The notes under the pieces are model-generated. The model saw only the letters and a program-made list of their open reading frames with translations. It searched no databases and was not told the origin of the DNA. A program made the position numbers and the translations under genes. A stretch of DNA of 64,000 nucleotides from Amoebophrya sp. A120 (taxonomy: Eukaryota > Protista > Dinoflagellata): the NCBI GenBank assembly GCA_905178155.1, contig CAJINV010000002.1:2990515-3054514 (forward strand). The letters run 5' to 3'. This document shows, piece after piece, positions 45,748 to 58,300 of the stretch. Numbering within the stretch: the stretch's first letter is position 1; each line of letters begins with the position of its first letter.

Positions 45748-48547
45748 ATGCGCCGTTTCCTTCATCATTTTCGCAGTAAGGCGAACCAAGGTGCAGCTGC
45801 CGCGGGACCCTCGACATCATCCTCACACCAGCCGCTGCGGTTGCGAAAGCCGGAGGAGTTGACGACCCTTCTGCAGCAGAAGGTGGCTGAGGCAGCAGGA
45901 GGACGATCAGGAGAGCAGACTGCGACTGGTCCAAGTACAATTGGTGGCCCTAATACAACTAGCAGATCTTCACTATCACTGTCCTCTTCTTCGTCGAGGC
46001 CGGTGCATCATCAACCCGCGCTTTTCAAACACAACTTCTTCATCCGAACTGTGTCAAAAAATGCTCCTAATGAGCAACTACAAGGGATATCATGTGGTGC
46101 ATCCTCACCACTAACAACGCGGAATTTCTCCTCTTCTTCGTCCACTACCAAGAAGAACGGGAACAAAAACCCAAACCCCAACGACCAAAAATCCTTGAAG
46201 CAGAAATTCCCGCGCGAGTGGGCGGTTTTTTCCACCATAGACTCGAACAGCAAGGGGTATTTGCTGAAACAGGATTTGATCACCACCTGCGAGCAGATTG
46301 AAGTCCCCGAAATGGCGGACTTTCTCTTTGAACTACTAGACCGGAACAACGATGGGGTGATCGATTTCGCGGAAGTGGTTGCGAACTACAAGGCGCTGAC
46401 CATGGTCCGTAACGCCGCAAGATTCCGTTCCTGGAAAAGAACGTTCGGCTTAGGCGTCGCGGGAAACGTAGCCGGGCACATGGACCAAGCGGGGGAGGGT
46501 GTAGAAGCCGCGATAGTAGAAGACCACGCAACAAGTTCTGATGCAACTACGAGCAACGACAAGCCTAACCTTCCCCCCGCGGTCTTCGCTTTTTACGTCC
46601 CACCACTCGGAAATACTACGCCCGAAAAAGTGGAGATCCCGAAGGAGTTTAGTTTCGTGAGGCGGAAAACCCCGGACGTCGAGCAGGGTGAAAAGGAAAC
46701 GCTGCAGCAGAAAATCAAACGGTTGCAGCGGTTCCCCATCTCCAATGCGGTGATTCATCATCCAAGCATATCCTATGTAAAAATGCCCCCAGCACCCCAT
46801 AGTCAAGATGGGAACTTTGCAACACAAAGCCTGAAGCTTTGGGAGTCACGCATGACAAGCTGCTTCATCTCTGGGAGTGTAGTAGTGCCTGTTAGCAAGG
46901 ACAGCCGCATCACGAATCCATCTGCTTATCCTGTTCACAGCATTACAAATTGCGAAATACCGCTGTAGAAACGACTCTCATGGTGAGATGCGCATTACAA
47001 ACGTTGCTGCATTTGCAAATCCGCATGACAACTATGGGTTGGGATTGTTTTTACTCAGGATAAAGCAGCCTAGGCGGTGCCAGTGACGAAGAAGACCACC
47101 CGGATGCGGACACCGTTGCGGGGTCCAAGTTCCAACGAGTGCAAGTGGAGCCAGAGATATCCAAGAAAAAAACGTTGTTAGGGTGAATTTGTGATGCGCA
47201 ACATGCAAGATGATTGCGCCTGTCATGCTTGACATGCATCATAGGGTCCATTAAAGGGCGTTTTGGTTTTCGCGTACTATCTGCGCATGACAGGTTTTTG
47301 CTGTCATACCAGACAAATTTGTAATACTGTTCCTCCAAAAAAGTTACACCTACAATGTTTTTTTCTTGGATAAGAGATCGCTTTGTTTTGCGAAGTGAAA
47401 TACAAAGCGCAGGACGCCCTGTCGTTCGGGTCCGCGAAATTCGTCACGGAACTATTGCCGAAAAAGATCGCCGCCTTCAACGACTTATCGACTGCAAAAG
47501 TGTCGTACTCGTACGATTTTTCTGTCATGGCAATCCTGCGTGACAGATGTATCTGGATACGCTAATCAGCATGGCAAATTCCATTTTTCATGCTGGGCAA
47601 ATGCAATTTTCACTAGTATGATTATGATGCTTTTGCAATGCATACGACTGCTCCGTGCGGGAATTGGAGGGGTCTGTGAAACTGTCGGAGAAGAAGAACT
47701 GGGGTATCGACAGGATAAATCCCCCCTCCCCATATCAAAACGGAACTTCTGATGCTGCATTTGTGTACACAAATCAGACCTGTCTTGCAGTAGAGGACTG
47801 CAGGCATACACCAAGCCTCAGTAGAGAAGTTTTGACATAGGCGCCTTAGGCGCCTAGGTCAAAACTTCCAGGCCTCTAGGCGCCGCCTAGAAGCATGAGA
47901 AACGCCTACGCCGTAGGCCCAGCAGCATCACAAACCGCCTCCGCAAAAATGCGGCGGACTCCAAGGAGTTGCCCCTTTGCAAGACAGGCCCGATTTGTGA
48001 CCACAAATCAGCAACGCAAATTTTTGGAAACACACCTTTGCAATATGGGGAGGGGGGATTTTTCCTTTTGATATGGGGCAGGGCGAGCAAGGGGATTTCA
48101 CTAGAATCCTTCAAAATCGACTCCCTGAACCCGGGCACTTTGGCGGATCGGCTCTGGATCGGGTCCTGGTTGCTGCGAGATGGCGTTTTACACGAGTACA
48201 CCTTGAAAGCACCGGCCAGAAACTACTTGCTGTATCACCAGCCGTTGCTGGATTGGATCATCGACCGGTGCAATTTCCAATCTGCGACGGACAAGTGGGA
48301 AGATGTGAACGAGCTACTCCAATGCGCGGGGTACCCGACAAAGATGTGGATCGCTTTGGGAGCCGGGAAGTACACGGAGTGGGGGGAAAAGAATTTCATC
48401 GACTTGTACGACGAAACAGTGGTGATAATCTGGGATGAGGAGGTGTTTGGGGCTGTGGGGCCGAGCGAGGACATAATTCGGAAAACCATCATTAACGATG
48501 AAAACAGTCCGGACGGGTTGGTGGCGCTGCACCAAACCTTTGTATGA
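45748..48547 (+). CDS. EF-hand + DUF5718-like protein, paralog 1; 4 introners
   Basis: EF-hand loops DSNSKGYLLKQD and DRNNDGVIDFAE; GLGVAGNVAGHMDQAGE, VQVEPEIAL, AFNDCSVR and KLSEKKNWG..SKGIS are restored by splicing and match paralog 2. Confidence 0.8.
46769..47062. mobile_element. Introner family I
   Basis: I-type TIR; TSD AAGCA. Confidence 0.9.
47158..47372. mobile_element. Introner family F (opposite orientation to 3976-4188)
   Basis: F-type TIR; TSD AGAGA. Confidence 0.9.
47486..47644. mobile_element. Introner family A
   Basis: A-type TIR; TSD CGACT. Confidence 0.9.
47705..48073. mobile_element. Introner family G (opposite orientation to 4731-5067)
   Basis: G-type TIR; TSD TGGGG. Confidence 0.9.
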
Positions 48548-49246
48548 TAGTAGGTACAACCACGAGAACAAGCGTTGTAGTTACAAGTACACAATGCGAG
48601 TATGTATGGTGTAGTTTCAGGTAAACTTCAGTTCACATTCCAGTCGGACTGCGGGAGCCGAAAACGAAATGTACCACACTGCGTTCGCGTTGCGTTCAAT
48701 TTGAGAACTTTTTGAAAATGAAAATTTCAATTGGTGCTGCCGTGTATCACAGATACTACACTAGGCGCGGCGCGTCAGCGCGACGATGATCCGCCTGGAG
48801 ATGGTTTTTTGTTGTTCGACGTCCTTGCTGCTAAATTCAGTCGGTGAAAGACTTCCTAATAGAAGAGAATACAAATGGTTGTGGAGTAAGTAGCATTGGT
48901 AGTACTATCGGTTTCGTGCAAAATACGCCTCCTGAAATTGCTTCGCTTTTCATCTTCGGTAGAAAGCAAGCAACGAATCAAGAATCGGTCGTGCAACTTC
49001 TCGTTTTTTCATACATCACACTTCTTTGTTCAGTGAAAATAAGCTTATCGTGCAGCCACTTCTCGTGCTTCGAGGACTTCCAACTTTGGAATATCTCCTG
49101 TTGATCTGCTTCATCGTTTTTCTTGTACAGGACCTAATAAATTGTTCGTACCCAACATAAACACTTCCTCCAACTACAAGAACAAATTTTACCAAAATCG
49201 AACTGTACACTACAGGAAAGTTGTTTGATCCATTCATCACAACAAA

Positions 49247-51634
49247 TTGCCCACAATGTGGCGCGCCACTACTTCCAGTACGTTCGGTCGGCAAATCCGT
49301 CAAGGTTTTGCCAATGCCAGGACATCAAGAGGCTCGTATCAGTACCAGCGTCGTACCTTCGTCGACAGCAGCACTGCTTCCTCGTCGTCTTACACCAGAA
49401 CAGCCTCATCTTCAAGCTCCACCTTCGGCGCAGAACAAACCTTCAACGCAGGATCTTCAGCCGGAGGAGCGGAAAATGCAGGTGGTTACGAGCAACAGTA
49501 CAATCAAGACGGCGGTAGTAGCAGTGGTAGCCAAAATAACACTTTCTTCGACTACATCTCCCAAACCTACGTTCCTGCGGCGGCAACTGCCTCTACTGGA
49601 GACACGACGACCAAAAGACAAAAATCCCCCCAACCTTTTTCCCGGGAGGCCACGAAGAGACAGGTGCAGCAGGACACGAATAAGTCGAAGGAAGAATACG
49701 ACAACCTCCTCGGCGGACCGACGCCCTCGCAAAGGTTCAAGGGTGGAACAACGGGTGAACAAAACAACAAACCATCTAAATCAACAAGCTACCTGGGAAG
49801 TAGAACAGCCTCTGCTGCTTCTACAACAACTTCTACTCCTGCACCGGTTTCCTACTTTTCCAACACAACGCATACTAGTTTTTCCATGAAGAACAATGTC
49901 GATTCCACCGCGAATGACTTGCTGAGAGACAAAACTTCGTCCCTGTTAAGAGCAAACAACAAGGAATTTTCTGTCCTCGGCACGGATTCGCGGTTTCTGA
50001 AGCAGAAATACCCGCGGGAATTCGCGATTTTCACCTCGATCGATCGGGACAACGACGGGATTATTACGGAAGAAGATTTGGAGGAATGCCTCCACCACTA
50101 CGGCGTCGCGGAGATGACGCACGAGCTGTTCCGGTTGATGACGGGCTCCTACCCAGAGTCCGCAGCGGATTTGGATAATGACCTGCAAACGGAAAATAGT
50201 GATGCAGGAACATCAAATAAACCCCCAATCGGCATCAATTTCGCCCAATTTTACGCTCATCTCGAAACTTTCCGGGTCCTCCGGATGACAGCAAGGTTGA
50301 GAATGTGGAAAGACTGCATTGGCTTAGGAGTGGCGGGCAACGTCGCGGGCCACATGGACCAGGCGGGGGAAGTGTCGAAAAACGAAGCGGTGTTTCACAA
50401 TCCGAAAACCCCCACTGCTCTTTTCGCCTTCTACGTGCCGAACGCGCAGAAGATTCTGTCGGAAAACAAGCACCACAGTTCGAAAAAACCGTTGACAGAG
50501 TCTCTGCGGAAGGAGTTGCAGCGGCTGAAACGGTTCCCGGTCACGAATAAGGTGATCGATTACCCGAGTAATCTGTTGGAAGAATTGGAAGCAGAGCAAC
50601 AGAAAAATCATGACAGCTTTTCCGGCTTTGGGGTATCATCAACTACGGCAACATCAGGTGCTGGTCAGAACTACAGTGTGCACCACATCAATCAAGAGAA
50701 CAAAAACTGGGATTTGTTGAAAGTGCAAGTCGAGCCCGAAGTGGCGTTGTTAGCGAAGATCGAGTATGACCACTCCATGGACCCGGAATTGCTAAAGGAG
50801 GGGAAAAGGAAAAAGGTCAAACGGTTAATCCCGATGAAGGTCGCCGCCTTCAACGACTGCTCCTTACGTTCGGAAATCGGGGGTGGCATGTTCAAATTTG
50901 CGGGAAAATTATCGGAAAAGAAAAACTGGGGGTTCGGGAGTAAAGGGATTTCTTTTCAGGCCTTTCCGGTTGACAAATTCAGTAAGGAAATCGCGAAGCC
51001 TATAATTGCAGGAGCTGTCGGGACTGCGAAGACCTCCACGATGAAGCAGCAAGATGAACAAGGTGTGAGCATGGGACCGCAGTACGACCACGGGAGGGAA
51101 GAGAAAGACAACTTCGCCCGGGCTTCGATCGGCAAAGCGGTGTCGGATGAGCACAAGATTCGGTCGACAAACCCGGAGGATAAAATGCCCAGTTTGGTCA
51201 GCAAATTGTGGATCACGAGTTACGTGCGGAGGAACAACGAAATCTTCGGCTACACCGTGCCGGCGTCGATCAACTCGTATTTGCTTTTCTACGAAGACTT
51301 GCTCCAGTGGATCGTCACGCAGATGAACCACCAGGGACGTTACGACAAGTGGGAAGACATTTCGGAGCTACTCGACGTCGCCAATTACCCACGGTACTGC
51401 TGGATCGCGCTGGGCGCCGGGCAGTACACCGACTGGGGGCAGAAACACTTCTTACATCCGGGGGATGAGGCGGTGGTGATTTTGTACCGAAACGACAGGT
51501 ACCCGGAGGAGGGCGGGCCGAGCATGGAAATCATCCGGAACATCTTTGACGAAAGGGGGAAGGTGCCCGAGGGAATTTCGTCGCTGCACCAGATTTTCGT
51601 TGACTCGCAAAACGTGAAGGGGAACGCGTTTTGA
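49247..51634 (+). CDS. EF-hand + DUF5718-like protein, paralog 2, intronless (795 aa)
   Basis: Single long ORF; DRDNDGIITEED EF-hand; GLGVAGNVAGHMDQAGE, VQVEPEVAL, AFNDCSLR, KLSEKKNWGFGSKGIS, DKWED. Confidence 0.85.
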   Translation: MPTMWRATTSSTFGRQIRQGFANARTSRGSYQYQRRTFVDSSTASSSSYTRTASSSSSTFGAEQTFNAGSSAGGAENAGGYEQQYNQDGGSSSGSQNNTFFDYISQTYVPAAATASTGDTTTKRQKSPQPFSREATKRQVQQDTNKSKEEYDNLLGGPTPSQRFKGGTTGEQNNKPSKSTSYLGSRTASAASTTTSTPAPVSYFSNTTHTSFSMKNNVDSTANDLLRDKTSSLLRANNKEFSVLGTDSRFLKQKYPREFAIFTSIDRDNDGIITEEDLEECLHHYGVAEMTHELFRLMTGSYPESAADLDNDLQTENSDAGTSNKPPIGINFAQFYAHLETFRVLRMTARLRMWKDCIGLGVAGNVAGHMDQAGEVSKNEAVFHNPKTPTALFAFYVPNAQKILSENKHHSSKKPLTESLRKELQRLKRFPVTNKVIDYPSNLLEELEAEQQKNHDSFSGFGVSSTTATSGAGQNYSVHHINQENKNWDLLKVQVEPEVALLAKIEYDHSMDPELLKEGKRKKVKRLIPMKVAAFNDCSLRSEIGGGMFKFAGKLSEKKNWGFGSKGISFQAFPVDKFSKEIAKPIIAGAVGTAKTSTMKQQDEQGVSMGPQYDHGREEKDNFARASIGKAVSDEHKIRSTNPEDKMPSLVSKLWITSYVRRNNEIFGYTVPASINSYLLFYEDLLQWIVTQMNHQGRYDKWEDISELLDVANYPRYCWIALGAGQYTDWGQKHFLHPGDEAVVILYRNDRYPEEGGPSMEIIRNIFDERGKVPEGISSLHQIFVDSQNVKGNAF

Positions 51635-52787
51635 TGAGAAAAGATTTATTCTCAGAGGTTGTTCTTCAGGTGTAGTACTGCACAGAACGACGTTGGAGCT
51701 CGTTGCAGTGCAGTCATGCACCATTTTAGCAGTAGCACTACTAGTGCCTGTGTTTGATTGATGTAGTTTAGTTTCGTAGTTCTTTCTCAGCTGCTCGTGT
51801 TGGATACAAATTCTGTTTCTGGCCGAGTGAAGGTCTTCGTGTTGTAAATTAGGCTTTAATAGCTTTTCCTTTTGCTTTTTGTTTCGATTTCCCATTCCGA
51901 GAACATGTATGAGTATGAATCTATCTTGACTTTTCCACAGTGGCATTGCATCGCAAAGGAACAAGATGTTTTTTCATGCTGGTCCCTCTGCACGAACAAG
52001 AAAAATCGCAGGCTGGTGTTTGAATGAGACGCGCCGTGATGAGGATTTTTACTTAATACTGCTCTCATCAAGAGAAGCCGAATCTCAGCTGCAGCTTGCT
52101 GCTTGTCTTCTGGCCTTCAGTCTCGTGTTCACGGAGAATTTATTTCGCTCCAGATCGATGATGAAAAGAGTCATCAACGTGAGGCGACAAGAGGCATTGC
52201 GATCATGCTCGATTCGTTTTATTCAAAACCACCCTCTGGTGGCGGCGGCGCAAGCAAAGAAAGTAGATCTTCAGATGCACAGCATTTTGATGCTCGCTTC
52301 CAGTTTATTCACGCTGTTGTTATACTTCTTGATGATGCTCAAGCTCATGGTTCAACAAGTTCAACCACTTGCAAGAACTACGCGACTAGTAGTTCAATGC
52401 AGCTTCCTCGCAGCTCGTTGTCGTTCCATGACCACTGCAAAAGCCGTGTTGATGGTGGCACGGCATGGTGGAGATCATCTGGTCTGGTTTTCACTGACGG
52501 AAGAATAAGAAAATAACCGTGGTTTTCTCCTTCTTTTTAGCCTAGCGGATGAAGATGTAGTAGTAATGGACAAACAACTACAAAAGAAGAAAAGATTATA
52601 TGAGGGCAGCTTCCGCAGCTATCGTATGATGTCTATGTGCTAGGATTAGGAAAAGATGTTGTAAAAAGCACAGCGTGGTCATTCTCATTGGACATCGCGA
52701 TTCATCCCATCACAGATTTGAATTTCAAAAACGAGTTCCTGATCCATTGATATCAAATTCAAATTGAATTTAAGTCTTGGCGCCACC

Positions 52788-53405
52788 ATGGCTGGCGACT
52801 CTGTGGAGCAGCACAATCTAGCGTCGAAGATGGACGAGCAGGCGAACAACCTGAATGTTGATCCGCCCGTTGTCAACAACCGCCACCCTTCACGCGGCCA
52901 CGACTTTTTCGTCTCTGATTGCGACTCGGATGACGACGATCCGTTGACAAGAACCGCTCCGCGAGAGTGGAAAAACAACAAAAAAAAAAAAGGAAAACAG
53001 AAGAAAAAATCAAAAAAAAAAAAAAAGCAAAAAGAAGATAAAAAAAAAAAAAAAAAAAAACAAAAAAAAGAAAAAAAAACAAAGAAGACAAAAAGAAAAA
53101 ACAAGAAAAAAAAAAAAGAAAAAAGAAAAAAAAAAAAAAATGAAGAAAAAAAAAAGAAAAAAAAAAAAAAAAAACAAAAAAAAAATAAAAAAAAAAACAA
53201 AGAAAAAAAAAAAAAAAAAACAAAAAAGAACGAGAACAAAAAAAAAAAAAAAAAAAAAAAAAAGAAAATAAAAAAAAAAGAAAAAAAAGAAAAAAAAAAA
53301 AAAAGAGCGAAGAAAAAGAAAAACAAGAAAAAAAAAAAAAAAACAAAAGAAAAAAAAAAAACAGAAAAAAAAATAAAAAAAAAAATAGTAAAAAAAAAGA
53401 AAAAG

Positions 53406-53438
<33 letters not shown>

Positions 53439-53665
53439 AAAACGAGAAAAAAAGAGAAAAAGAAAAAAAAAAAAAACAAAAAAAAAAAAAAAAGAAGAGA
53501 AAAAAAAAAAAAAAAAAAAAAACAAAACAGCAAAAAATAGAAATAAAAATAAAAAAAAAAAAAAAGGAAAAAAAAAAACAAAAACAAAGAAACAAAAAAA
53601 AAAAACAAGAAAAAAAAAAGAAAAAAAAAAAAAAAAGAGAAAAAAAAGAAAAAAAAAAAAAAAAG

Positions 53666-53699
<34 letters not shown>

Positions 53700-53704
53700 A
53701 AAAG

Positions 53705-53736
<32 letters not shown>

Positions 53737-53804
53737 AACAAAAAAACAAATAAAAAGAAAAAAGAAAGAAAAAAAAAAAAAAAAAAAAAAAAAAAGAAAA
53801 AAAG

Positions 53805-53839
<35 letters not shown>

Positions 53840-54002
53840 AAAAAGAAAGAAAAAATAAAGAAAAAAAAAAAAAAAAAAGAAAAAAAAGAAAAAGAAAAAG
53901 AAAAAACAAATAAAAACAATGAAAAGAAAAAAGCAGAAGAAGAAACTAACGAAAAAAAAAAAGAAAAAGAAAAAAAAAAACAAAAAGAAGTACAAAAAAA
54001 AA

Positions 54003-54035
<33 letters not shown>

Positions 54036-54058
54036 AAAGAACAGAAAAAAAAATTAAC

Positions 54059-54089
<31 letters not shown>

Positions 54090-54153
54090 AAAAAAACAAA
54101 AACAGAAAAAAGAACATGATAAACATAAAAAACAAAAAAGAAGTAAAAAAATA

Positions 54154-54202
<49 letters not shown>

Positions 54203-54272
54203 GAAAAAAAAATTAAAAAAATAATTGAAAAAAAAAAACAAAAAAAAAAAAAAAAAAAAAAAAGAAGAGAAA

Positions 54273-54306
<34 letters not shown>

Positions 54307-54682
54307 CGAAAAAAAAAAAAATAAAAAAAAAAAAAGAAAAAAAGAAAAAAAAAAAGAAGAAAAAGAAGAAAATTATAAAGGAAACAAAAAAAAAAACAGC
54401 GACAAAAAAAAAAAAAAAAAAAAAAAAAGGAAAAGACACTAAAAATAAAACCAAAAAAAAAAATGTAAAAACTAATGAAAACAAAAACGAAAAGGAGACG
54501 AAAAAAAAGATAAAGAAAAGAAAAAAGAAAATACACAATCAATAAAAGGAAAACAAAAAAGAAAGATCTAAAACTAAAAATAAAAATACAGAAGAAAAAA
54601 ACAAAAAAGAAAATAATAAAAAAAAAAAAAATAAATAAAAAAAAAAAAAATCAAAAACAAGAAAGAAAAGCAAATAATAGAA

Positions 54683-54715
<33 letters not shown>

Positions 54716-55122
54716 AAATAATAAAAAAGGAACAAAAAAAGCAAAAAATTAATATTCAAAAAAAAGAAAAGAAGAAAATGAAAAAAAAGCAAAAAAAAAA
54801 AAAAAGACAAAAACTATAAAAAAAAAAGAAGAGAACAAAAAAGAAAAAGAAAAAGAGAAAAAAAAAAACAAAAAAAAAAAGGACGCCCAATATAAAATAC
54901 AAAAAAAAAAAAAAAAAAAGAAGAAAAAGAAAAAGATACAAGAAAAAAAAAAAAAGAAAAAAAAAAAAAAAAAAAGAAAGGAAAAAAAAAAATAAAAAAA
55001 AGAAAAAAAACAGCAAAAGATAAAAGAAAGAAAGGAACAAAAAAGGTAAATATAAAATCGAACAAAGAAAAAAAAAAAAAAATTAAAAAAAAAAAAAAAA
55101 AATAAAATAAAAAAGAAAATAA

Positions 55123-55154
<32 letters not shown>

Positions 55155-55336
55155 AAAAAAAAAAATACATGAACAAAACAAAAAGCAAAAAAAAAAAAAA
55201 AAAAATAAAAATAAAAAAGCAAAAAAAGGCAAAAAAAAAAAATACAAGGAAAAAAAAAAATAACAAAAAAAAAAAAAAAAAAAAAAAAAAGAAAAAAAGA
55301 AAAAAAAAGAAAAAATAAAAAAAAAAAATAAAAAAG

Positions 55337-55373
<37 letters not shown>

Positions 55374-58300
55374 CAAAAAAAAAAAAAAAAAATAAAAAGA
55401 AGCATCTACAAAAACAAAGCAACAAATACAAAAAAAAAAAAAAAGAAAAAACTCAGGTAAGAAAAAAAAAAAAAATACAACAAAATAAAATAAAATAAAA
55501 CAAGACAAAGAAAAAATAAAAAAAGATTTTTGGGCCGCCGAAGAAGGTGATGACAAAGATGAGGACCACTTCTGGAACAACGAAAGGAGGTCTTCTAGGA
55601 GAAACAGCCAGTCCAGCAGGACGAGTAGCTTCGACGCCCTGGCGGCTTTGCGACAGGAGAACGATTATGGTAGTTCCAAGGGCGTTGATGCTGGAGACCG
55701 AGACGACCTGAAGAACACTTCTGCTACGATAGCGTCGGGGGAAGATCATGGTGAAGATGAGGACGGGGAGTGGAATAAGTGTAACGACGAAGATGACGAG
55801 GACGGTTCTTCTTCATCTAACAGTCCTTGTTCCGGCGCCGCTTCTGACTGTTCCGACACTTCCTCCGCGCGAGCGGACGCCTTGCACGCCTACCTTTACG
55901 ACACCCACTCGTCGGACGAAGACGACGCTTCCTCCGCTGGCACCCCGTCGGACCTCCCGAGCGGTTGCAACAGCGATTGTGAGATGAGAAGTCCGCGCCA
56001 GGACGACGAGCTACACCACGATTTTGACGACTGGTTTTCGGATCAGGATGTGGATGTGGGCACTGGGAAACGAGTGAAAGGGAAAAATACCGCGGCAGTA
56101 CCTCCTGCCGATGCGGTCGCTGCGGCTCGTGCTGGTGCTGCTTCCAGCAGGAGGAGGTCCTCCTGCTCTTCATCATCTGACGAAGGCTGCAGTAGTGACG
56201 GCGACTCTTCTTCTTTTGAAGATTTTTCCGATAAAGCTGCAGGGGACACAAGTTCTGATGCAGAGTCAGCTGATTTATCATCGCCGAGATTGTTGAACTT
56301 GAACGGCACAGCAGCTGGCGCTTCATCTTCTGATAGCGATGACGACACGACGGAGAACGGTTCTTCTTCATCCGAAGGAAGCTGCGAACATGCGTACGAT
56401 TCCGATTCCAACTTTTCCTCCAACCCAGAAAGTAACAATGGAACCGCCTCGGACAACGAGAGCCTCACCAGCTCATCCGGACCTGAAGATACGGACGAGC
56501 CGGGGTCGCCGAGGGTGCTGCTGGGAGATGCTGCTGATGACGCAATTGGAATCGACGTTGGAGAGGCGAGTGCAAGCACCACTGTCCGAGAGCGAGAGCA
56601 GAGCGCCATGGTGTCGGAAGACACGTCCGAAGGCACAGTTTTGATCAGAGAGCAAGCTGCTATGGTTTCTGAGGATACAGGTACAACAACAATCCGCGAA
56701 GTACACACGACAAACGGCGCTGACCCGCAGGACCAGGACCAGCGGCCTACAACCAACATCATCGACGAGCAAGAGCCGCTCTATTCGCCCGACGCAATTT
56801 TCGCAGCGGAGTCGCCGGTGGTTGTGACCGATGTGGACGAACAGGTGGTCGTTTTGGAGGAAAACGAACATGGGGTGGAAGTGGAAAAAGTGTGTGGCAA
56901 AAATGCTCCTGCTGGGAAGACCATCAAGAAGGACAGTAACAGTGGCACGCCCCCGAGTAAGAACAATAAAGATGACCCGAGAATTTCGTCTTCTTCTACT
57001 CACACCGATGAGGACAAGCACCTCCAGCCAGGCTCCGGTATCTATCGTGCCTTTTCAACAGGGTCTGGAGCGGGGAATGTCGTGCAAGGGCAATGGAGCT
57101 CCGCAACAGCCGTTGCGAACGAGACTTCTGATGAACAGGCTTTACAGAGGATCAAGAGCAGGAAGGAGCGGAACAAAGTGAAGAAGAAAAACGGGCTTGA
57201 CGGGGAAAGAGATTTTCAATTTGTAGTGGGCGATGTAATCCAGTTGGACCAAGCCCAAGCGGAGGTGTCCGGCATGACGACTGCAGAAGTGGCCATAATT
57301 TCCGCTGGTGCTGATGCTGCCGTCCAGCAACAAAAAAGTCAGCACACTTTCGCACGCATCGTGGACATTGTCACGACTAAATCCGAGTATGAGTCAAAGT
57401 ACCAGAAAACGCACGAGCACATGGAATCCATGAAGTTCATCGAGGAGCGATTGCCGCTGTTGAAGCTGCGCATTTTGGAAGCTACAGAGGAACTGGTGAA
57501 GTTCTGCGATCATGCGGCGGAGCCGCATTGCGATATTACCAGTGCGGAGCCCTCGATAGTTCAGGAAACAGGCGAAGATCAAGAGCAGAAACCAGCAGTT
57601 CCGAAAGGTAAGATTGATCCGGAGGAGCTGGTTGTGAAAAACCTGAATACGCTCGTTCCAGTCAATACCGACAGTTGTAACGGAGGAGCAGGAGCTGCTC
57701 TTTCTTCATCCCCCAAAACGACCAGCATGACAGCCACCTCCCTCCCCCCATCCGCGATCGTCTACACTGACACGGTTCTTTTCGCCGACTCTGACGAGGC
57801 AAATCTCCTCTACCGAGACCCACTGCTGAAGAAAGTGTCCTGTGATCATTCGACGAGAATTGGTACGAAGGAGATCCGGAAGGCGAAGAGATTTCTGATG
57901 GCGAAACGGCACGAGATTGCGCAACGGTTTGTACTATCAAGTGCAAAAATGTTGCCGGGTTTGTCATGCATATTTTGCATGACCCGGGATGTCTATAATG
58001 CATGACCTTGCATCAGAGATTTCATTTTTAGAGGGCTTCCTGATGCCTATTTCGCCTGACAAACGCACTCCCCGCGTAGCACAAACTAGACTCCTCTTGC
58101 TGGTCATGCAATACAGTTTTTTGTAGAGTCCAAAGTTAGCATCACAAGTTCCAACTTTCCAGACCCAGACACTTTTGCAAACCATATGTACTGATAATCG
58201 AAGAAGATGAGTTAGATGTTGAAATCGAAGGACAAAAAAATCATGCAGTTGAAGATGGACGTTCACCTCGCGACGAAATCGACGAACTGCTGGCCGCCAG

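Noticed and set aside
52685-55580. Poly-Phe and poly-Lys ORFs
   Set aside because: By-products of the A-tract.
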